Source of the DNA: Octopus vulgaris
Taxonomy: Eukaryota
Direction: 5' to 3'
Assembly (NCBI GenBank): GCA_951406725.2
Contig: OX597818.1
Coordinates: 29,512,001-29,576,000, forward strand
Length of the DNA: 64,000 nucleotides
Part shown: positions 1 to 11,439 of the stretch, in pieces
Layout of the letters: each line of letters opens with the position of its first letter
Position numbering within the stretch: the first letter of the stretch is position 1
Program-made: the position numbers and the translations under genes
Notes under the pieces: generated by a model
Told to the model about the DNA's origin: nothing
Database searches by the model: none
Seen by the model: only the letters and a program-made list of their open reading frames with translations

Positions 1-71
1 GGATGTACTCAAGTGAAGGTTGGACAGGACCACCCGCGCCAACCTCATCATGTGTATATATGTATACATAT

Positions 72-427
72 TCTTTTATTCTTGTACTTGTTTCAGTCAT
101 ATGACTGCGGTTGAACAAATCGACCCTAGGACTTATTTTTGTAAGCTTAGTACTTATTCTATCGTTCTCTTTTGTCGAACCGCTAAGTTACGGGACGTAA
201 ACACACCGACATCGGTAGTCAGATGATGGTGAAGAAACAAACACAGACTCACAATATATACGACGGGCTTCTTTCAGCTTCAATCTACCAAATCCACTCA
301 CAAGGCTTTAGTAGAAGACAAGGCTACAATAGAAGACACTTGCCCAAAGTGCCACGCAGTGGGACTGAACCCGGAACCATGTAGCTGGGAAGCAAGCTTC
401 TTACCTCACAGCCACTCCTGTGCCTAC
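72..427 (-). mobile_element. tRNA-derived SINE (cephalopod type)
   Basis: Minus strand begins AGGAGTGGCTGTGAGGTAAGAAGC...GGTTCCGGGTTCAGTCCCACTG (pol III A/B-box-like head). Homologous copies at 39470-39830 and 41915-42330. Confidence 0.75.
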
Positions 428-671
428 ATGTATATATATAAATATATAAATTTTTTCCAGTCATCGCCAAGTTGGACCGCTAAACTCTACAATTTTTTTT
501 TATTTTTCATTCCCTCTCTGTTTATTTTCTCTTATTCCTTTCTGTTGAAGAGCGCAGGCTCGAAATGTAAAAGATTTTTTCATTTTTCCCGAGCGTCAAA
601 CTGGCTTGTTGTTCACATACCTGTCTTCGTCTTTTGTTTTTCTGTAAATTTCAACTATATATGCATATAAG

Positions 672-960
672 CAAAAATGCTAATTCTAAAATCTCTCTAA
701 GAGATCAATGCAATAGTTGTACAAACAAGTAATATTCGTAGCCACTTCAACATGGCTGCCCGTACAAACGGACTTTACTGCGATTTTTTAACCCCAAAAA
801 GACATCTCCTCTAGCTGGTTAATGATGCACAGCTGCATCCGAGATATTGCGAGCAGAGGAGCAAACCCTGTCACCTTCTAGCGACAGGACCAGTAGACTG
901 GCCTGGTCTCGGGCTATTTCTGCCTCTCTTCAGTACTGGACACCTTGTCTGCTAGAGATG
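672..960 (-). mobile_element. Hammerhead-bearing non-coding repeat, family A (retrozyme/Penelope-pLTR-like), left part
   Basis: Closely similar to 2930-3200; contains an HHR motif at 890-939; ends in TCTGCTAGAGATG, which is duplicated at 2851-2863. Confidence 0.7.
890..939 (-). ncRNA. Type I hammerhead ribozyme motif (degenerate)
   Basis: Minus: CCAGUA-CUGAAGA-GAGGC agaaaua GCCC-GAGAC-caggcca-GUC-UACUGG. Stem I is a perfect 6 bp; GAAA is mutated to GAGA. Confidence 0.7.
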
Positions 961-2850
961 AATTTTTTATTAGGATAATTAATGTCGTACATAGAGGGGG
1001 GAAACAGGACAATATAAACAATTATTGTTGTTATGAGTTCATATGATACTTATTTTTTTTTTAATATTGAATGAATATAATTAAAATTTTGACTTTTTTG
1101 AGGGGTGGAGATTAAACCTGATGGGCTGAAAAGCCCAGCGACTATGCCTTTTCCTTTTCCCATAAGGATTAAGTACGGTCACTTGCACCCACCTTTCTTA
1201 CCACAGTCTTCCATCTCTCGAACACACCTCGCGACAGGCATCTCCACTCCAGCTCTATCTTGCTCTTCGGATGATATATGAAGTATGCCAGCAAATCAGG
1301 GCCAGAGATGAAGGATCCCGTCACGAATCCTTGCAATCTGGTCTTCCAGACCCACTCTTTTAACACTGCAACTGAACAGAGAAAACATGCCTCAACTTCC
1401 TTTGAGAGTCCGGTTGGCGGCACAATCTTTATTATAGACTCAGCTGATAGCTGTACTCTGCCTAGGTCTGACAACACGTGTTCAGTGTAAATTATCAAGC
1501 CTGAAAGCTTCCGGCATTATACAAAAGCGTGCTGGGCGGTTTCATCGTCCAGCCCACATCTTGGACATGCCGTTGGCACTGACATTCCGTGCCTGGATAA
1601 CTTATCGCGAACAGGTAAAGCGTTCCTGTAACACTGCCAGGTCAGGAATTTTTGGTAAATATCAAAATACCCCGGCCTGAAAGTTTTTTGGAACAGGTTG
1701 ACAAGTTGGTTCACGTCGAACCCCAGAGCCCCTCCTAGGACGTCAGCATTTTTAAACTCGACCAGCCCTTTATACAAAACCGAGGAGGTATTCCCATTGC
1801 CGGCCTTGTTCGTCTTGTAGATTAGCACGAGTGCCTATCGACACTCCTTTTGCCAATCTGTCAGATTACATCTTTTAATAAAACCGAGTTTGGATCTCTC
1901 AAAAGAACCTAGTCGCGGAAAAAATTCCTCTGCCAGCAGATCCCACACCTTGTTACCCTCCAGGTAGCGCCAGAGATGTCTCAGCCTCAACGCATGTCTG
2001 CGCATCATTAGCTAGGGAATCCCTAACCCACCCTTTAACGGTTCCTGGCAGCAGACGGAGCGCCTAACAAGTAGCTTTCCTCCTTTCAACAATAAGCGGA
2101 AAAGGAGGCGCTCCAACTTGTTTAGCCACGAGTCGGGGCAAGGGATAACGGTTAGGCGGTAGGTAGGTGATTACAGATGCAATAAATCCTGTACCACCTC
2201 CGCCCTTCCTTTCAGGGACAGAGCCCGTCCGGCCCAAATCCAGAGCAGGGCTTCCACCCTGTCAGCCAACTCGCTCCAATGCTTCTCCGTCTGGGAGTCC
2301 GGTCCAAACCAAACTCCAAGCAACTTAACAAGACCATCTGTCCAGTAACCCACGACACTGGACGATATCGGTTTGCTCTTCCAGGTGCCGAGGCGCAAGC
2401 CGATGGACTTGTCCTTGTTAACTTTTGCTTCTGCCACCACCTCGTATCCTTTGATAGCGTCCTCTACACAAAGTAACTGAGCCTCATTGGACACGATGAT
2501 GGTGACGTCATCCGCATAAGCAGAGACCGACTTACCACATCCGATTTCATTGGGGGTACGCATCAAATTCTCCAACTTCTGCAGTAATGGCTCAAGAGCC
2601 AACATGTACAGAAGCGGAGACAAGGGACACTCCTGACGAACTGGACGCTTGATCGTAAACAGCTCCGACAGCTAGCCGTTTATCTGAAGTGTGGATTTGA
2701 TGCCGCTATACACTGCGGAGATCCACCTACGGAAGTCCGGGCTCAGCCCAGCCGCTTCGAAGACCGCCTCGAGGTACTGGTGGTCTACCAGACAAAAGAA
2801 AGAACTCATATAACTTTGGTAACAGTAAATTACGACGCAAAAAATCCGAA
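961..2850 (-). mobile_element. 5'-truncated, decayed Tx1/L1-clade LINE (ORF2 RT + C-terminal zinc finger)
   Basis: ORFs 2171-2623 (SPLLYMLALEPL, SAYADDVT), 1517-1828 (LPVRDKL..CPRCG..ETAQH) and 1169-1498; AATAAAAAAA 3' end near 961-972; 13-bp TSD-like flanks 948-960 / 2851-2863. Confidence 0.85.
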
Positions 2851-3270
2851 TCTGTTAGAGGTGGCAGTAGTTCGCCTCTGCTCGCAATATGTATAATTTC
2901 AATCGACGTACAGTGCTGATTTTGCAATAACCAAACTGCTAGTTCTAAAATCTCCTAAAGAGATCAACGCAGTAGTTGTACTAACAAGTAATGTTCGTAG
3001 CCATTTCAACATGGCTGTCCGTTCAAACGGACTTTACTGCAATTTTTAACCCCAAGAAGACTTCTCCTCTAGCTGGTTAACGATGCACAGCAGCATCCGA
3101 GATATCACGAGCAGGGGAGCGAACCCCTATCACCTTCTAGCGATGGGACCGGCAGGCTAGCCTCGTTTCGGGCTATTTCTGCCTCCTTCAGTACTGGATG
3201 ATGGCAGTAGTTCGCTTTTGCTCGCAATATATATAATTTCAAGCGATGTACAGTCGCTGGTTTTGCAATA
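2851..3270 (-). mobile_element. Hammerhead-bearing repeat family A, right part (one unit plus a partial next unit)
   Basis: GGCAGTAGTTCGC...TTTTGCAATAA occurs at both 2863-2930 and 3203-3270 (head-to-tail); degenerate HHR at 3149-3197. Confidence 0.7.
3149..3197 (-). ncRNA. Type I hammerhead motif (degenerate paralog of 890-939)
   Basis: Minus: CCAGUA-CUGAAGG-AGGC agaaaua GCCC-GAAAC-gaggcua-GCC-UGCCGG. GAAAC is intact; the cleavage triplet and core are mutated. Confidence 0.6.
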
Positions 3271-3296
3271 ATATATGTATATATATTATATTACAT

Positions 3297-3333
<37 letters not shown>

Positions 3334-4524
3334 ACATATATATGCATACATATATAAATATATGTACACACACAGACGCACGCACACATACACACACACG
3401 CACGCACACATACACACACACACACACACGCACACACTCACACACATGATGGCAGTTTCTTCGCAGTCGAAGGAAGACCGTGCATTATACTCTCAACATC
3501 TACGGGCTCACATATGACTTCTGACCGTGAAGTAAGACGCACAGATACGAATTGTTCGAAAAGAACGTGTTTTTGCTATTTTGCTTGTTTGTTTGTTTTT
3601 TTTTAATATTGATTATCCTAGAATAAAATTTGCATTGGAGCTGCAGGAAATGGGTGAATATCATTCCACCAGTAGTTAATTAATATGAATTTAGTGAAGT
3701 TGAAGGTCCTCGATTTTTCGCAATACTACTGCCGAACGACAGGAAATCCATTCTATGCAATGACGTCAGCGGATATAATGGCGAATGACTTCCTCTCTCA
3801 TTATTATTTATTTTTTGTATCTCGCATGAAAGAGCATATATGCTTTTTAATGCACACTTCACCACAGATGTATAACTTTAATCGGTGATATACAAAAATG
3901 TATTCATCATGTAATGTGCTTATTTCTTCACAACTTAAAGGTATAACTTTTACTATGTAAAGGAATTACATTCACCCAGTCATTAGCTTACTTGAGAGTA
4001 TCAGATTGCCCTGAAGAGAAATTAATTAGTAATGTACTTTTGTCCGTGGTATCCTCCGGAAATATTTCCATTTTCTGTGAAATATTGCTTGATAGAATGT
4101 TTTGGTTAAATCTAATAAGAAATTCTTTCCATTTTGTTAAAGTAAGAATTTTTATTTTAGTAGATTCAAGGTCTCAATTTCATTTTTGAGGAAATGAAAT
4201 GAGAAGTAAGTGGACTTCCCAAGATTATCAATTGCTTAACGAAATGAAATTACATCAACTAAGAATTGAATTTAGGCTAAAGACTTAGTTTGATGTCAGC
4301 TTATTTCTTGCTCTGTGACAAAAGCCTATTTGGTATTGAAATATCGTTTTGTAGATATATGTGTGTGTATGTGTGTATTTATACTGTATCTATCAACCTA
4401 TCTATTTATCTATGTATCTCTGTCTCTCTTTCTCTCTCTCTCTCTCTCTCGCTCTCTCTCTCTCTCCCTCTGTTTCTTTCAGACAGACATACATACAGAT
4501 AGCTAGCGAGCTAGCAAGACAGAC

Positions 4525-4627
<103 letters not shown>

Positions 4628-5375
4628 CAAATAGACTTGATTATGCAAAATACAATATATTCATTTTGAAGGGTAATGGAACTGTGTATCATTCTCATCT
4701 TTTTCAGTAACATTAACTGTTTAGTCAGAGAATTTCAGTAGCTACTTTCATATCAACATTTTTGCATCTACAAACTGGAAATTAAATTTAAACTTGGGTA
4801 AAATTTTAACAGTATTAATCCTTGGTCATAAAATGGCTACAGGCACACATGATTTCACATAACTTGAGATATTGATTTTTGTAATACATGTTTCATGAAC
4901 GAGTTAATAGCCGAATGCCCAGCATTTTCTTCTAAAAACATAATGCCATTCTCACAGGATGTAAATCTCGAAGACAAGCTTTAGGAAAACATCTGCTAGC
5001 TTGTCCGGGAATATCTACAAACGACATAGCTTCATACTACGCCCGTACATCATTAACTTTCGTATCCCGAGATTTACTAGAGAGTATAATTCATATTTTT
5101 TTTAGTGCCCGTTAATCTACAGATCTAGAGCTACAACTATACCGTGCACTCAAATATGCAGTCATTTAGTGTAGGCCTTTCTTCATTGTCCAATCTTATT
5201 CTATATGGCCCTAGCGACTGACAGCTGTCACACCAGAAGCAATGAAAGTAGAATTGGTCAGAGTGCAATAGTTGCTGGTTCTCTGCACTTGCTTCTTTAT
5301 CTTTCGTGGTGATCATCCCATCACAGTGATTGAATCAATGGTTATTGTTGCTGCTTTCATTTGTGCATGTGTTCG

Positions 5376-5466
<91 letters not shown>

Positions 5467-5519
5467 ACGTGTGTGAGAAAGAGACTGAACACTTTGTATT
5501 AAAAGATATCGAAAAGACA

Positions 5520-7400
5520 TTGGCCTAGATTTGTGTTGAAGATCCTGATCATGATGAAATCAGAAACCTTGGACAAGATCCTTGACCTTACTGGATTGCT
5601 GAACAGGGCACAATTGCGTGTCGTGGTAGAAGGCAGAAGACCTTGATACCATACATGCGTGAGCAACACCTACTTGAAGATTCTCTACCTACAACAACTA
5701 TGAGGAGCAGAAAGAAGGTTCGCACTGCAGTCAACATCACAACCATAGTGATAACTACACCACCAACAACAGCGACTATTATACCAACACCAGCAGCAGT
5801 AACAGAAGTACTACTACCAACTAATATAACAGCAGCAGTAGTAGCAACAGCAGTATTGATAATAGCAGCAATCACAGCAGTGACAACGATTTCAGGAGTA
5901 GCAACCCCAACAGCAAAAGCAGCAGTGAAATGTAACAGAGACCTATAGTGCAGTTCATGAAACAGTAATTCCGCAGCCAGCACCACTAAAAGCAAAGGAG
6001 GCCCTCACTCACCTACAAGTCCACCAACACAGAGAAACAATCATTCACGCAATTATACATCAAACTCTTCCTCTTAACACAGACTTGGGGAGTTTACAAA
6101 TCCCTCGAGCAATGAGGACAAGACAAAGCCATCGCAAAAAAAAAACTCGGAAAGAAGGCCTTTTCACGTTAAAAATAAAAATGCAAAGAAGAAAGGTAGA
6201 AAACCTCTTTTCAAACCATTCGCCAACATCAACACCAAAACAATAACAATAACCAATACTCCTAAATATGACCACAACCGCGACTATGCAAGAAAGCATG
6301 AAGACAAAAGCAAATACAGGACCAACAACAACAATAGCTACAACTAACGTACAATCAGACGCACAATCCGATCCTCTCCGAATGAATTTTGTTGTTGTTC
6401 GAAAGAGAAACAGCCATTTGATGCAGAGTACAGAAAAATAGCGTTCTCACAAAAGGGGAACATTTCGACGAATGCTTGTCAATAACTGCCTAAGAGCGAC
6501 TGTTTATTCAAACTGACACAAACACATATATGGAACTTTAAAACATACTATAGACATTAAGTTTTGCGGGGATGGAAAAATGACCTAAGAAAGGTCTTTC
6601 CCTATTTCTTCCTTAACCAACAAAAGTTGAGTGCTCTTCTGATAGACATGGTTACTTTTAGAGTGAATAATACATATCCTGGAGTCAACTTGGAATGAAG
6701 GCTGCTTACTCAACGACCTCATGTTACTAGACATTTGTGAGGCAAGAACCTCTGAAGTACACGGACAAATGTCCATTTTCGAGAAAAACAAGATGTACTC
6801 ATTTCGTGGTCTGCCGAGGTCGGGCAGCAGAGTGGCAGTGTCATTCCAGAAATTTTAGATCTTGAGAAAAGGCTATCTCTCTGGACGCAGACAGTAAGTC
6901 TGTGGTCCTGGACGTGAAAGGTAGGGAAGATGGTCATTCAGACTGATGGCTGCCTTTGCCCAGACAAAGGCAGAAAAGTCAAGTTTCCTCAAAGAAACCA
7001 GGTTTCCCAGGAATGTGCTGATCTCTAGTACAAGCGAGCGAATGGAACTACATCTTAGACGGAAAGCAGGATTGTATAGCGCTATCGCATAAAATGGGTT
7101 CAAAAGCCTAGGAAATCTATTCAGAAATTCCCCACTGTCTGAACGGAACAGATTGAATTTCTCAAGTGTTCCGAGGTGAACATAGAGCAATCACAGAATA
7201 TCATCTGGTGCCGGAGGGCCCTGCAAAGGGTAATTAAATCGGAATCGATACAGTTTAGCAATGAGTTAGCGATAAAGAGACGTAGACTGTAGAGCGAGTT
7301 AGTTCGCACTCTAAAAACGGCGATTAAAGTCATGGCAACTGAGGTACTAACAGTGAGAATGGTTTAAAGAATTTCTTCAATGTGATGTACAATATGGAAC
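5520..7400 (+). mobile_element. Heavily decayed Tx1/L1-like LINE 5' part (ORF1 knuckle region + APE endonuclease)
   Basis: Plus-strand fragments resemble LRVVVEGRRP-C (about 5610-5660), a T/A-rich linker, and APE-like segments (LLNDL, VVLDVKG, FRL.A.FA) at 6680-7300; many stops and frameshifts. Confidence 0.45.
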
Positions 7401-7707
7401 CGCTGTAGGTTAAGCCTATAAGGCGGAGAACGTCAACTGATGAGAGCACACGCCCTTAATGTTCAGGCCGATCATGGACCACTAGTGTTCCTCGATTGGC
7501 TTTGTATATAGGGGGAGTACATTACCATATTCCTTTATTATTTGTATACCATTTATACTATTGATTCTCAAACAGGAAACACTTGGGTCCCAGGCGGGGC
7601 GGAATTTCAAATCTGGGGGTAGGAATTTTTGCCAAGGGTGGAACTAACGCGGCGTTTTAGTCATGAGAGGAAATCCAAACTAGAAAAAAAAAGTACTCTG
7701 TATACTC

Positions 7708-7785
<78 letters not shown>

Positions 7786-8931
7786 CTCGCGTGACAGAAT
7801 ACCAATATACAGAGCTATAAAGGCGATCACAAATTAATAGTTTGATAAATAGTCGCTGCTCCAGACTTGATCTCGTTTCAGATTATTTAATTATTGAAAA
7901 TTTGGAGAGCGTGCTGATGGTAATATTATCTTCGGGTGGCATTTGCTTACTATAGTGTAAAATGTTTTCAGCGACTGGTGGTCTGGACATGACGATAGAC
8001 ATAAAGGCCAATATTGACCGAGTGTACGAAGCCAGAATTGGCAGTATCTGAAATATATTCTGGGACAAAACTGGAAAATAAGCTTTATAGCCCTAAGTTT
8101 GTCATTTTTCAACAAAGTTTCACTATTGTAGTCAATTGTGAACTAACTGAGACAATTAAAAATAATCGTTTAATACAAATCAATGAACATTTGCAAAATC
8201 TAACATTTACTTTCCAGATTTTGATGACAATAATAATGTGCTTCCGGCCATCCCAACAATACGATGACAGATTTCCTTCGTCCAACGAGAAAGATTCATC
8301 TATTCGATCAACTGAATTATCTGCTACTGAATTAATGTGTAAGTGACTGAATTTTCCACAGAGCATTAAATTTGATGTAATTCGCAGTCAGAATCATCTT
8401 GTGACTGTGTGTGACAAAGCTGCACCTATCAAATTACTGGTACAATCTACCCAACAGGCTTCTGTGTAATTTCCGTGCCAGTTTGATTCGAAGCTATAGA
8501 AAAATGATATATTCCTAAGATTCCACGCTATGGGAAATATTATTATAGATGCGAAATGGATGTCTTAACCATCCAGCCATATCGCATCTATTTCCAACAT
8601 TAAATCAAATGAAAACTGATATTTCATAAACTGTTTCAGTAACTACCGCTGTAAAGGATAAATGGGTGAAGAAAATTCCTGTATAGTAATTCAGATAAGG
8701 AGAGATATTAGGGGAAATCTAGGATCGTAAAGAGAGAGTGTGTGGTCTGAGACTCGGGGAATCTCTATTGTATGCTATTTTATTTTTAATTTTTATGTTC
8801 CTCATTCGAATATGTAAATCCCTACACCATGCATATCACTGTAATTGTCACCACCATCACTCGTCTATCACTCTGATGGTAAAGGAAACAAATCATCATC
8901 ATCATCATCATCATCGTTATTATTATTTATT

Positions 8932-9110
8932 GTCTTTGCACAGCTTCTAACGCTGGAGATGTACAACAGTGCCAGCTGTTCACTACCAGTGAACTAAGAT
9001 AACACCCCCTTATTTTTCGAGCACCATCCGGAGTATTTGAGCGGTTTCAAGCAGTGCTGATTTTTGAAAGTACTCCACCCTTATTGCAGCCCCTATTTGT
9101 CCCATGTACT
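8932..9110 (-). mobile_element. Dong/R4 LINE 3'-end fragment
   Basis: Minus translation ...VEYFQKSALLETAQILRMVLEK*, then a short 3'UTR running into (TAA)n. Confidence 0.7.
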
Positions 9111-9240
9111 ATTATTACTATTGTTGTTGTTGTTACTATTGTTGTTGTTGTTGAGTGAGTGAGGGAGCCGTGCATATCATCAAAGTGGCACTGGGGTAAA
9201 GTATATTAAGCCCAGTATACCCATCATGACTACCCGTCCG

Positions 9241-9252
9241 ATAGTAATAGTA

Positions 9253-9327
<75 letters not shown>

Positions 9328-9338
9328 GTAGTAATAAT
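9241..9338. repeat. (TAA)n microsatellite
   Basis: Direct trinucleotide array. Confidence 0.95.
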
Positions 9339-9500
9339 ACAGAAAATTGCACTACTAGGCACTGCACACATCCTACGCAGAACACTTTCCATACAATAAC
9401 CATCAGAGCATCACAACAAATCACAGCACATACCCAAGGCACACAGAGCTGCGCTCGGTAGTGAAGTGAAAGCACGCTATAAAAATAAAACTACTGAATA
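9337..9500 (+). mobile_element. Dong/R4 LINE 3'-end fragment
   Basis: IQKIALLGTAHILRRTLSIQ* plus 3'UTR, bounded on both sides by (TAA)n. Confidence 0.75.
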
Positions 9501-9536
9501 GTAATAATAATAAAAATAATAATAATAATAATAACA

Positions 9537-9574
<38 letters not shown>

Positions 9575-9597
9575 CATAATAATAATAATCATAATGA

Positions 9598-9672
<75 letters not shown>

Positions 9673-9702
9673 TTAATAATAACAACAATAATAATAATAA
9701 TA
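9497..9702. repeat. (TAA)n microsatellite
   Basis: Direct trinucleotide array. Confidence 0.95.
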
Positions 9703-10237
9703 AATGCCCTGATGCAGTACAAGGCACTGGCTGTCATGGCTTCTTAACTGACTGGAAGTGTTATCATGTACATGTTTTATCTTGTTATAAAAGACGGGTT
9801 ACAGCAAATAGTCTGCTCAACACCACAGATTTGCTTGTCAGTTGTTTGGCATTAAACAGATGAGCATGTCCGTTGGTGGCTGACGATATGTGCACCTCTG
9901 ATCACGAGCATCATAGGCATGTGTTGAGAGGAATTCTTTGGGGTCTGAGTAATTCACCTCTGGAAACATGGGTGTTTTGTTCAACATTCTTAAACAAGCC
10001 TTATTCAGGGACCTTTTGGGCGGGATGGGCTACTCAACCTGAAGATAATTCTGAGACCCACTTGCAAGGTCATGCGCTGTTTATCTTGATATGAGAACAC
10101 CATATCGCGCACATATGGTTGTGATGCACATGGCTACTGTATCCTTATCGGACGGGTAGTCATGATGGGTATACTGGGCTTAATATACTTTACCCCAGTG
10201 CCACTTTGATGGTATGCACGGCTCCCTCACTCACTCA
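9703..10237. mobile_element. Non-coding interspersed repeat abutting (TAA)n (possibly Dong UTR-derived or Dong-dependent)
   Basis: Its last ~90 bp (10146-10237) recur inverted at 9153-9243; embedded among Dong fragments; no meaningful ORF. Confidence 0.4.
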
Positions 10238-11310
10238 CAGTGCTATCAAGCACAGTACAATGATCAGTGGGGACTGGCCGTCCCCTTGGAAGATGCCCTT
10301 CCTAATTTCCACTGTCCCAAAACTTCTTCCGTATGCTGTCAGGTCCGTTTTCCAATTCGCCATACTTTTTCCAAGCAATCGCTCAACATTCAATGCAATC
10401 CCAAACAGGTTCACACACTCCATAATCCAAGATTGTGGGATCATATCGTACGGCTTACGATAGTCGATCCATGACATGGCTAAGTTACTTTTCCTCCTCT
10501 TGCAGTCTCTGAGTACAGTTTTATCAATCAGGAGTTGATCCTTGGTACCTCTGCACTTACGCTTGCAACCCTTCTGCTCATGTGGCAGGACTCAGTTTTT
10601 TTCTAGATCATTTACGGTCGAGTTGTGTGTAATTATGCCTCAACCCTTGCGCTCGACTCAAGAGGAACAACACCGTCTTCAGTACATGAGCCATTCCAAG
10701 CACCAGAGCCATTTGAGCACTCCTTACTATATCTCGTATGCCTACGATCCCAGGTATTGTATCAAGGTTTTTTGAAATTGTTCTGAGTGCATCGATAATA
10801 AAAGCGACCGTTTTGATTGTTGCTTGATGTATTTTCCGTTCCTCGCTCACCAAATCATGCTATTTATCAACCTTCACTTGCTTGGAGATTTCAGCATTCT
10901 GGTCAACAGGAACAGCGATGTCTATCATTTTTCTTTGTGCACAATTGTGATATCAGGGCGATTATATTTTACACGCCTGTCTGCAAAGATGGTCATGTCC
11001 CACATGAGCTTCACTCGCTCATTCTCAAACAAAGCTTGTGGAAGTTGGCCATACTACTTACCTTAGCACAGAAAATCATTTTTCTTGCAGAGTTCCCAGT
11101 ACATGCTAATAACGATCTTGTTCTGTCAATGTCTTTACTCTTTTTGTGCTAATTGTGAGAAGCCACTGATAATGTGATGTACACTTTCAGTCTCCTGGCC
11201 ACACTTTCTACACAATGGTGATACTTCTGTATAGCCGATAGAGTACTTCACAGAATTTGTTCTTAATGCTTGCCCTTGAGCAGCAAATAACATCCCTTCC
11301 TCAAAATTTC
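10238..11310 (-). mobile_element. Dong/R4 LINE fragments (RT and RLE pieces, rearranged)
   Basis: [18 protein letters not shown] (10235-10477), [32 protein letters not shown] and Q.ALVLG.AHVL motifs. Confidence 0.8.
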
Positions 11311-11336
11311 GGGCCTTGTGCCTATGGGAGAAAGTA

Positions 11337-11434
11337 TTGTTGCTGTTGTTGTTTTTGTTGTTGTTGTTGTTTTTGTTGTTGTTGTTGATGATGATGATGT
11401 TGTTGTTGTTGTTGTTGTTGTTTTTGTTGTTGTT
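11337..11434. repeat. (TTG)n microsatellite
   Basis: Direct trinucleotide array. Confidence 0.9.
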
Positions 11435-11439
11435 ATGTG

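Noticed and set aside
72-427. tRNA gene
   Set aside because: Only a tRNA-like head fused to a SINE body present in several copies; no full cloverleaf.
5643-5948. Thr/Ala-rich mucin-like ORF
   Set aside because: Low-complexity (ACA/GCA)n linker inside a decayed LINE ORF1 region.
7430-7505. CUGAUGA followed by a GAGCAC/GUGUUC stem
   Set aside because: No GAAA box or stem I/III.
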